Translations under genes and position numbers: made by a program
Shown: positions 53,867-60,839 of the stretch, one piece after another
How the letters are laid out: the number at the start of each line of letters is the position of its first letter
Position numbering within the stretch: the stretch's first letter is position 1
Assembly (NCBI GenBank): GCA_022561635.1
Contig: JADFQV010000003.1
Span: 1-60,839 of the forward strand
DNA: 60,839 nt
Source: Chloroflexota bacterium
GTDB lineage: Bacteria > Chloroflexota > Dehalococcoidia > SM23-28-2 > RBG-16-64-32
Direction: 5' to 3'
The notes under the pieces: generated by a model
Database searches by the model: none
What the model saw: only the letters and a program-made list of their open reading frames with translations
What the model was told of the DNA's origin: nothing

Positions 53867-54082
53867 ATGGCGGAGAGCGTCTACAAGGTAATCGAGCTGG
53901 TCGGCACCAGCAGCGACTCATGGGAGAAGGCGGCTGCAGCAGCCATCAAGAAGGCGTCGGCCTCCCTGCGGGATCTTCGTATCGCCGAGGTCGTCGAGCT
54001 GGACATGCAGCTTGATGACGGAAAGATAATCGCCTACCGCGCCAGGGTGAAGGTCTCGTTCAAGTACGGAGGCGGAGACTAG
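53867..54082 (+). CDS. dodecin-family flavin-binding protein
   Basis: 71-aa ORF with GAGGAGG upstream. VYKVIELVGTSSDSWEKAAAAAI...LRIAEVVELD...YRARVKVSFKY is the dodecin (DUF1458) pattern. Confidence 0.85.
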   Translation: MAESVYKVIELVGTSSDSWEKAAAAAIKKASASLRDLRIAEVVELDMQLDDGKIIAYRARVKVSFKYGGGD

Positions 54083-54501
54083 CCCCACTTAAGTGACCAC
54101 GGCCTGACAAGCGTCCGCCCCGATGTGCCCTCATAGGACCGCCTCACGAGAGGCTCGTGCCACGCTGCCGCTGTGGTCCCTACGTCAAGCCGGGTAACCT
54201 CAGGAATCTGCCTTTTTGAAGAGCACCATGGCGAGCGAGATACGACACGATCCACGCCGCGAGCGCGGCCCAGGCAGCGTCGCGTTGGTCGTACCCACTT
54301 CGTCGTATAGATAAGCTTCGAACGGCCCCAGGACCTCTAGATCGGGCTAGAGATGGATAATCGTCTCTTTGAGTTGTCGCCCACTATAGACAGGTCAGAC
54401 GGCTGGCAAGCGAAACGGTGTTTGCCAGCCGAGCGGCGCACGTGACAGTCTTTGCTTGAGGTCGGGAAGAAGGCGAGGCGGTCGTCAGTAACGATGAGGC
54501 G

Positions 54502-56007
54502 CTAGCTGAGCAGCAGGGCGCTGACGCTGTGCGGTGGCAGCTCCAGGCGGTCGAGCGAAGGAACATCGAGGTCGACGATGCGCAACCGCTGCGGGTTATC
54601 GAAGTCGTTACGGGCGAAGGGGCTGTCTGCGGCCATCTGCCGCAGCCTGGCGGACGCTGGCGGCTGCAAGCCGTCGAAGGCGAGGTTGATCGTCACCGGC
54701 TGGTCCAGGTGGCGGTTCACCACGAATACGGCGAGCCGCTTCCGGTCGTCCGACGCCGTTACCGACACGTCCACGTACGGCAGGCCGGTCAGGTCATCGC
54801 CCATCGTCGGCTGAAGGCGCTCGGGGATGTCCGCCCACAACGGGGCGTCGAACGTCTCGCCTTCGACCTGACACTTGACGGACAGGGGCAGCGTCTCTTC
54901 CGCGTAGAGCCGGCTCACCAGGTAGCCGGCGGACTCGAACAGTCTGTCGCCCTCCGTCTGGATCAGGCCCAGCATGTTGACCAGCTGGGCGATCATCGCG
55001 ATCTCCAGGCGTGGCACGCGCTCATGGATGCGATTGAAGGTGCCGGCGAACATGAGGCCCGCTCGCAGGTCGTAGTTGGTAGCGACGCAGTCCTCCCAGG
55101 AGTTCCAGAGATTCCACTCGTCGAACGCGACGCGCACCGGCGAATCCGGCCCGAGTTCTCGCTCGATGTCGGCGATCACGTCGTCCACGTTCCGGATCAT
55201 CGCCTCGGGCCCTGCTACTACCGACCAGTAGTCCGCCTCGTCGTCCCGCAGCGGGCGAATCCCGGGAAACGGTGGGTGGAACGCGTGCACCGACACGTAG
55301 TCGATCGCCTTCCCCGCCGTCCGCAGCAGGTCCGAGGTGAAGCTGCCGTAAGCGCGGGGCGCCCCCGTTGCCAGCAGCTTCACGTCGGGGTCGACGCCCC
55401 GGAGAGCCTCGGCGAATTCGAGGAAATGCCGGCCGTACTCCTCGCCGCCGCAATGGCCGGTCTCCCAAAAGCCGAATACTTCGTTGCCCACGCCGACAAC
55501 CTTCACCTGAGCGGGGCTCTCCGGGCGGCGGTTACAGTAGGCGAGCCACTCCGCAGCCTCCTCGGGAGTGCCGGTGCCGTGGTTCACGTTGAGGTACGGC
55601 TGGCTCCCCAGCTCCGCGCAGAGCGTCAGGAACTCGTCGGTGCCGAAGGCGTTGCTCTCCGGCGGCCCGACGATGGCGGCCAGGTCCTGACGGTTCACGC
55701 CGTTCAGCAGGCGAGTCCAGAACTGCTCTTCGTAGTGTGGGCGTCCCTCCCTGGGGCCGACGCCGTCTCGCCAGTGGTATTCGTCGGAGAAGCAGCCACC
55801 AGGGTAGCGAAGGATGGGAGTTCTGAGCGCCCGCATCGTCTCCAGGACATCGCGGCGGAACCCCCTCTCGTCGGCCAGTGCCGAGTCCGGCTCGTAGATG
55901 CCACCGTAGATACAGCGGCCCATGTGTTCGATGAACTGACCGTAGATGAGTGGACTAATGCGGCCCCGGACTTCATCTCCCAGAACACGAACGCTGGCTC
56001 GTCTCAT
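54502..56007 (-). CDS. alpha-L-arabinofuranosidase (GH51)
   Basis: 501-aa ORF. GQFIEHMGRCIYGGIY, YPGGCFSDEYHW and the acid/base block VGVGNEVFGFWETGH are GH51 hallmarks. Confidence 0.9.
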   Translation of the reverse strand: MRRASVRVLGDEVRGRISPLIYGQFIEHMGRCIYGGIYEPDSALADERGFRRDVLETMRALRTPILRYPGGCFSDEYHWRDGVGPREGRPHYEEQFWTRLLNGVNRQDLAAIVGPPESNAFGTDEFLTLCAELGSQPYLNVNHGTGTPEEAAEWLAYCNRRPESPAQVKVVGVGNEVFGFWETGHCGGEEYGRHFLEFAEALRGVDPDVKLLATGAPRAYGSFTSDLLRTAGKAIDYVSVHAFHPPFPGIRPLRDDEADYWSVVAGPEAMIRNVDDVIADIERELGPDSPVRVAFDEWNLWNSWEDCVATNYDLRAGLMFAGTFNRIHERVPRLEIAMIAQLVNMLGLIQTEGDRLFESAGYLVSRLYAEETLPLSVKCQVEGETFDAPLWADIPERLQPTMGDDLTGLPYVDVSVTASDDRKRLAVFVVNRHLDQPVTINLAFDGLQPPASARLRQMAADSPFARNDFDNPQRLRIVDLDVPSLDRLELPPHSVSALLLS

Positions 56008-56080
56008 GACGGCAGCATCATGCGGTCACTATCGGCTGAATCATCGCCCCATTCTAACTTGCGGGTGCCGCCGGCTGCGC

Positions 56081-57394
56081 TTACTCGACGTACACTCGGG
56101 CGATCGTCGAGAACGTAGTGGCGTAGATGTCGCGATCCCAGCCAACGCTGGGGAAGACGACGCACTGCAGCGGGCTGTTGATGGCGACGCGGCCCTTCTC
56201 CTCGCCGGTCTCGATATCGAGGACGATGACTCGCTCGGTGCCGTCCTTGTGGTCGTAGTCGTATGAGACTACCTCGCCGGTGCGCGGAAATTGGATCATG
56301 TGCCCCGCCTGGTCCTGGTCGCGGCTCCAGAGAAGCTCTGCTTCGCCGGGCTCGCCGTAGCGCCAGGCGGTGACGACTCCGTTTCCGCTGTCGTAGCCGA
56401 CGGCGATGCGGCGTTCCGTGTCGATCAGAGGTGGGTTGGCGATGATTCCTCCCGACTTGCCGCACACTTCGACATACGCTGGCTCGGGCCGATCGAGCGG
56501 GATACGGATGAGGTGTAGAGGCGAAGGCGATTCCCCCTTGCCCCGAAAGGAGGGGCCAAAGGCGGCCGTACCCTCGCCGTTGTCGAGGAACCATGCCGAG
56601 CCATCAGCCAGGACAACGTCCCAGCCGAACGTCTGACCTTCGAAGCGGATATATTCGGGCATCCAGGCGTCGTCGAGGTGCAGCTCCGATCGCTGCGCGT
56701 CCCAGCGCAGGCGCAGCGCCTGGCGGTCTCCGATCGCGTAGACGAGCGGCGTGCCGTCTTCCGCGACGTCCGCCGAGAGGCGGGCGATCGATCCTTGAGG
56801 CAACTCATATCGGGCGACTATCTCCAGCTCCTCCGGCTCGAGGACGACGAGCTCCGAGCCCCGCTCCCCGTTCGGGAGGGCGTGCAGGCCCCCGCCGCCC
56901 GCAAAGTCCTTCATGACGAGATGTCCGTCGGGCAGGATGAGGAGCGAGTTATACGCTCGGTTCCTGGGCAACTTGCGGGAGGCGACCGGCTGGCAGTCAG
57001 GGTCGAGACGGTGACAGTAACGCCCGAACGTGACGTAGAGCGAGCCGTTGGTGTGGGCGGCGACGCCGCCCGGCCAGAATGGCCCCGCCGGCAGCGCCGG
57101 CGACTTCTTGAGCGGTTCCAGCGATTCGGGATCGATGCGCTCGACCCACGATGTAGCATCGCTACCGACCCCACCGAGGTGTCCCTGGACGTATACTTCG
57201 CCGCGCTCTCGCAGGATCGTCATGCAGGCGACCATTACGTTGCGGCAGTGGGCGGCGAGCTTTTCGCCGGGCTTGAGGTCGAGCGCGAAGTCCGAGGCCG
57301 GCGCCTGGGTGCGTCTCGGGCCACCATCCTCGCACGGCCAGGGGCTCCTCCAGTACCCGGCGAGCGCCGGGTCGCGCTTCTGGGCGCTCGTCAT
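56081..57394 (-). CDS. hypothetical protein (repetitive beta-rich, possibly propeller-like)
   Basis: 437-aa ORF. Its start abuts the stop of the upstream oxidoreductase gene (57394/57395). No family recognised by eye. Confidence 0.6.
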   Translation of the reverse strand: MTSAQKRDPALAGYWRSPWPCEDGGPRRTQAPASDFALDLKPGEKLAAHCRNVMVACMTILRERGEVYVQGHLGGVGSDATSWVERIDPESLEPLKKSPALPAGPFWPGGVAAHTNGSLYVTFGRYCHRLDPDCQPVASRKLPRNRAYNSLLILPDGHLVMKDFAGGGGLHALPNGERGSELVVLEPEELEIVARYELPQGSIARLSADVAEDGTPLVYAIGDRQALRLRWDAQRSELHLDDAWMPEYIRFEGQTFGWDVVLADGSAWFLDNGEGTAAFGPSFRGKGESPSPLHLIRIPLDRPEPAYVEVCGKSGGIIANPPLIDTERRIAVGYDSGNGVVTAWRYGEPGEAELLWSRDQDQAGHMIQFPRTGEVVSYDYDHKDGTERVIVLDIETGEEKGRVAINSPLQCVVFPSVGWDRDIYATTFSTIARVYVE

Positions 57395-58294
57395 CTAGGT
57401 TGTCTGGCCGACCTGCGATAGCTGCTTCATGCGCGCTGCCACGTCCTCGGCCAGCTGTTCGCCACCCTGGAACAGCTCAGCGAATACCTGATCGACCGTC
57501 ACGATCTCGTCGATCAACGCCGCAACCTGGCCCATCTGTGTGCGCTTGCTCTTGGTGCCCAGGACCGCTTCTGCGAACTCTGGCTTCGAGATGCGTGGCC
57601 GGATGCGTCCGTCGGCCGACATCGTCGATGTGTCGTCGGCAGCCAGGATCAGCTTGTTCACGTGCTCCGGGTACGAGTTCTTCGCTTCCTGCGTGGCGAC
57701 GAGGCGAGTCCCGAGCTGAACGCCATCGGCACCGAGCGCCATCACTGCGACCATGCCAGCGCGGTCCGCGACCGTGCCCGCTGCGATAAGGGGGAGATTC
57801 GGTAACGCCCGCCGGACGGCGGGGATCAGCACCATCATGCTGATCTCGTTGACGCCGCGGTAGCCGCCGGATTCGGTCGGCTCGGCGATGATCGCGTCGA
57901 CACCGGCCTCGGCGGCCTTGTTCGCATGAGAGATGCCGGCGACGACGTGGGCCACGATGATGCCGTGTTCCTTCAGCATCCCGGTCAGGATCTTCGGGCT
58001 GCCTGCGGAAGTGATTACCACTGGCACCTTCTCCTCGATGACGATTTTCGCCCTCTCCTGTACCTGATCGGGTGAACCCATCGCCATCGGGAAGTTGATC
58101 GAGAACGGCTTGTCAGACAGCTCCCGGAACGTGCGGATCTGCTCTCGCATGGTCTCCAGGGGCGCGATGCCCTCGATACAGCCGAGGCCTCCAGCGTTGG
58201 AGACAGCTGCCCCCAGCTCCGGCTTGGGCGTGATCCCGCCCATCACAAGCGGGTACTGAATACCGAAAAGCGCGCAGACTGGGTTCTCGCTCAC
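57395..58294 (-). CDS. NAD(P)H-dependent flavin oxidoreductase / nitronate monooxygenase (FabK-like)
   Basis: 299-aa ORF with a GTG start and GAGGAG upstream. The FMN TIM-barrel motifs are GIQYPLVMGGI and ALGADGVQLGTR. Confidence 0.85.
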   Translation of the reverse strand: MSENPVCALFGIQYPLVMGGITPKPELGAAVSNAGGLGCIEGIAPLETMREQIRTFRELSDKPFSINFPMAMGSPDQVQERAKIVIEEKVPVVITSAGSPKILTGMLKEHGIIVAHVVAGISHANKAAEAGVDAIIAEPTESGGYRGVNEISMMVLIPAVRRALPNLPLIAAGTVADRAGMVAVMALGADGVQLGTRLVATQEAKNSYPEHVNKLILAADDTSTMSADGRIRPRISKPEFAEAVLGTKSKRTQMGQVAALIDEIVTVDQVFAELFQGGEQLAEDVAARMKQLSQVGQTT

Positions 58295-58466
58295 AACGTT
58301 TCTCCTCGTCTCATGTCAGGCGTACTCACCGCAGGCGCCGGCTTGGGCCGACCTTGCGGCGCCCAATCTATGCTGATGGCAACGGCCGTGTCAAATAGGT
58401 CGCTTGTCTGAGAGCAAACGTTGTCACCTACGAGGGCGCGGCGGGGAGGTGCTGTAGGATGTTGCC

Positions 58467-60077
58467 ATGCCGAACGAGCCCGTGGGTGTGCTGGTGATCG
58501 GAGCGGGTGCTTCGGGGGCGGCCTTCTCCTGGAGCATCGCTGACGCGGGCATGAGCGTCCTCTGCCTTGACCAGGGCCCGTGGATGAAGCAGCAGGACTA
58601 CCCGAGCAACGGGCTTGACTATGAAGCGCGCGGCATGGGGGACTTCTCGCCCAGCCCGAACGTGCGTGGTTTGCCCGCCGACTACCCGGTCAACGAGCAG
58701 CACTCCGACATTTCGCCGCTGATGTTTAACGCGGTAGGCGGTGGCACCATCCTCTGGGCGGCCCACTTCCCCCGGCTGACTCCCCGCGACTTCCGGATGA
58801 AGAGCGATGACGGAGTCGGTGAGGACTGGCCGATCGACTACCAGACCCTTGAGCCCTACTTCGCGATGAACGACCGGATGATGGGCGTCTCGGGGCTCTC
58901 GGGCGACCCGGCGTTCCCCTATCACGAGCCGACGCTGCCGCCTCTGCCGTTGGGCAAGATCGGGAACACGATGGCCGCCGGTTTCGAGAAGCTCGGGTGG
59001 CACTGGTGGCCATCGGATAGCGCCATCCTCTCGCGGGAGCATGAAGGGCGCCAGCCGTGCATCAACCTTGGTCCCTGCACAAGCGGCTGCGCTCAAGGAG
59101 CCAAGGCCAGCACTGACATCACCTACTGGCCGGCGGCTCAACGGAAGGGTGTGCAGGTGCGCACCGGCTGCCGCGTGCGCGAGATCACAGTGCGGTCGGA
59201 CGGGATGGCGGATGGGGTCCTCTACTACGACCCAGAGGGCGAACTACAGGAGCAGAAGGCGGAGATCGTGGTGCTGGCGTGCAACGGCATCGGCACGCCA
59301 CGGCTGCTGCTCAACTCGAAGAGCAGCCAACACCCCGACGGGCTGGCCAACAGCAGCGGCCGCGTGGGCAAGAACCTGATGTTCCATCCCTATGCCATGA
59401 TCACGGGCATCTTCGAGGAACCGCTCCAGGGCCGCCGCGGGCCCGTGGGCTGCTCGTTCTGGAGCCACGAGTTCTACCGCACCGACCGCTCGCGGGGGTT
59501 CGTGCGCGGGTACTCGTTCGAAGCGATACGGGGCTTCGGGCCGGTGCAGACCGCGCTGTGGGGAATGATCCGTGGCTTCCTCCCCTGGGGCGAGGGCCAC
59601 CATCAGAAGTTCGCCCGCCTCTACGATCACACAGCGTCGCTGATCGCCATCACGGAAGATCTGCCGGACGAAACCCATACCGTCACCCTCGACCCGGAAC
59701 TGACTGACTCACATGGGATCCCTGCGCCGAGGGTCACCTATCGGCTGAGCGACAACAGCCGCAAGATGTTGGCGCACGCGGTGGAACGGGCAAAGGAGGC
59801 GCTGACGGCTGCCGGCGCGGTCGAGACGTCGGCGGAGCCGCTGTTTCGCGAGGCTGGCTGGCACCTGATGGGGACGGCCCGCATGGGCAAGGACCCGACG
59901 ACCTCGGTCGTCAACGAGTGGGGGCAAGCGCACGACGTCAAAAACCTCTTCATCGTGGATGGCAGCGTCTTTGTGACCGCGGGCGCGGTCAATCCCACCT
60001 CGACGATCCAGGCGCTCGCGCTCTACGTGGCGGACAGCATCAAGAAGAACATCGAAACACTCTTTGATAGCGCATGA
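58467..60077 (+). CDS. GMC-family FAD oxidoreductase (gluconate 2-dehydrogenase flavoprotein-like)
   Basis: 536-aa ORF with the FAD fold VLVIGAGASGAAFS and the C-terminal GMC block NLFIVDGSVFVTAGAVNPTSTIQALAL. Confidence 0.9.
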   Translation: MPNEPVGVLVIGAGASGAAFSWSIADAGMSVLCLDQGPWMKQQDYPSNGLDYEARGMGDFSPSPNVRGLPADYPVNEQHSDISPLMFNAVGGGTILWAAHFPRLTPRDFRMKSDDGVGEDWPIDYQTLEPYFAMNDRMMGVSGLSGDPAFPYHEPTLPPLPLGKIGNTMAAGFEKLGWHWWPSDSAILSREHEGRQPCINLGPCTSGCAQGAKASTDITYWPAAQRKGVQVRTGCRVREITVRSDGMADGVLYYDPEGELQEQKAEIVVLACNGIGTPRLLLNSKSSQHPDGLANSSGRVGKNLMFHPYAMITGIFEEPLQGRRGPVGCSFWSHEFYRTDRSRGFVRGYSFEAIRGFGPVQTALWGMIRGFLPWGEGHHQKFARLYDHTASLIAITEDLPDETHTVTLDPELTDSHGIPAPRVTYRLSDNSRKMLAHAVERAKEALTAAGAVETSAEPLFREAGWHLMGTARMGKDPTTSVVNEWGQAHDVKNLFIVDGSVFVTAGAVNPTSTIQALALYVADSIKKNIETLFDSA

Positions 60078-60532
60078 GCGACGCACCCGCGGCCCTGGAC
60101 GACCAAGACTTCATGGACGCGCTTTTCGACCTCGTGATTCCTCCGAGCGCGTCCGGAGAGCTTCCGGGCGCAGGCACGCTGGGCCTCTCAGCCGCAGTGG
60201 CCACAGCGCTCCAGGCCGATCCGTTGCTCGGCCCACTGGTCGAGGCGGGGGTGCAGGCAGTGCGAGAAGCGGCGCTGACCCAGCACCCGGAGGGCCTCCC
60301 GAGTATGACTCCACAGGCCGGGACGAAGGTGATAGAGGCCCAACTCAACTCCTCCCACCCCCTGCTCATCATGGGCCTGGCGCGGTACCTCTACGCGGCG
60401 TACTATCAGCACCCGCGGATCCTGGAAGGCATCGGCGAACTGCCACGCCCCCCCTTTCCAGAGGGCTTCGACGTCGAAGAGACGGATGCCGGGCTGCTTG
60501 AGAAATTGCAGGCACGCCGCAAGACACTGTGA
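60074..60532 (+). CDS. small subunit partner of the GMC oxidoreductase (gluconate 2-dehydrogenase subunit 3-like)
   Basis: 152-aa ORF with an ATGA overlap with the flavoprotein gene. FMDALFDLVIPPSASGELPGAG resembles the subunit-3 family N-terminus. No Tat signal seen. Confidence 0.55.
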   Translation: MSDAPAALDDQDFMDALFDLVIPPSASGELPGAGTLGLSAAVATALQADPLLGPLVEAGVQAVREAALTQHPEGLPSMTPQAGTKVIEAQLNSSHPLLIMGLARYLYAAYYQHPRILEGIGELPRPPFPEGFDVEETDAGLLEKLQARRKTL

Positions 60533-60592
60533 ATCGAAGCATCGTAAAAGCGCCTCTCTTCGTCTGGCAGAGGCTGCCTCTTCCGCGTGCGT

Positions 60593-60620
60593 TTGACTCA
60601 GAGCGCAGCAGCCCTATAAT
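60593..60620 (+). promoter_or_regulatory. near-consensus sigma70-type promoter TTGACT-N16-TATAAT
   Basis: TTGACT at 60593..60598 and TATAAT at 60615..60620. AAGGAGG lies at about 60652 and the ATG at 60665. Confidence 0.55.
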
Positions 60621-60664
60621 CCACTCAGTCCGACCGTGAGCCATAGCAGACAAGGAGGCAGTTC

Positions 60665-60839
60665 ATGCCCCGACTCTTTCGAACCTTTCTGACCCTGTGC
60701 GTCGTCGCGCTCGCCGCAGCGTTCGTGTTCGCCGCTTGCAACGACGATGACGACGGTGGTGACGACAACGGAGGCGATACCTCCGGTGTTCCAGAGCTGG
60801 AGGACGGCGTCCTTAATGTCGGCTCCGCCATCGCCTACG
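60665..60839 (+). CDS. lipoprotein, N-terminal fragment (possibly an ABC solute-binding protein; runs off the right edge)
   Basis: The ATG follows AAGGAGG. The signal peptide MPRLFRTFLTLCVVALAAAFVFAAC has a lipobox, followed by a D/G-rich linker like that of the cupredoxin lipoprotein. Confidence 0.6.
   Translation, partial: MPRLFRTFLTLCVVALAAAFVFAACNDDDDGGDDNGGDTSGVPELEDGVLNVGSAIAY

Noticed and set aside
54205-54216. The T-run (CTGCCTTTTTGA) downstream of the dodecin gene as an intrinsic terminator.
   Set aside because: No stable GC-rich stem lies immediately before the T-run. The nearest clean hairpin (54145..54159) is about 50 nt upstream.
60552-60574. The hairpin GCCTCT-(11 nt)-AGAGGC after the GMC small-subunit gene as a terminator.
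   Set aside because: The stem is only 6 bp with a large loop and has no following U-tract. It is plausible but too weak to list as a feature.

Overview
This is a high-GC bacterial chromosomal window, densely packed with about 54 protein-coding genes. F420-type enzymes, a GAAC-N4-GTTC SOS box and D/G-rich lipoprotein linkers suggest an actinobacterial or Chloroflexota/Thermomicrobia-like organism, but the taxon cannot be fixed from this sequence. Many adjacent genes overlap by 1-8 nt at stop/start, which implies operons. The content is mainly housekeeping and accessory metabolism. It includes an SOS-regulated imuB/dnaE2 mutagenesis cassette; a lipid module (AGPS-like FAD oxidase, GlpD, DAG-kinase-like kinase, FGGY kinase, sphingosine-1-phosphate-lyase-like PLP enzyme, MFS); an Atu/Liu-type acyl-CoA carboxylase cluster; NAD-dependent formate dehydrogenase; several acyl-CoA dehydrogenases and crotonases; two ABC-2 exporter pairs divergent from a multicopper oxidase-LamG lipoprotein pair; a GH51 arabinofuranosidase; and a GMC oxidoreductase pair. 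I found no rRNA, tRNA, CRISPR array, transposase/integrase or recognisable DNA-binding regulator by eye. The most interesting observations are these. (1) An iodothyronine-deiodinase-family gene (47981..48646) has an in-frame TGA exactly at the catalytic Sec/Cys position and a hairpin 10 nt downstream, so it is a predicted selenoprotein that the ORF track splits in two. (2) The mutagenesis cassette has a perfect 12+4+12 palindromic SOS operator inside a near-consensus promoter. It also has an uncharacterised small ORF translationally coupled between imuB and dnaE2. (3) An 85-bp direct repeat carrying the ppdK upstream region and its first 8 codons brackets the PLP-decarboxylase gene. All family assignments come from motif recognition by eye. 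No database search or computation was run.
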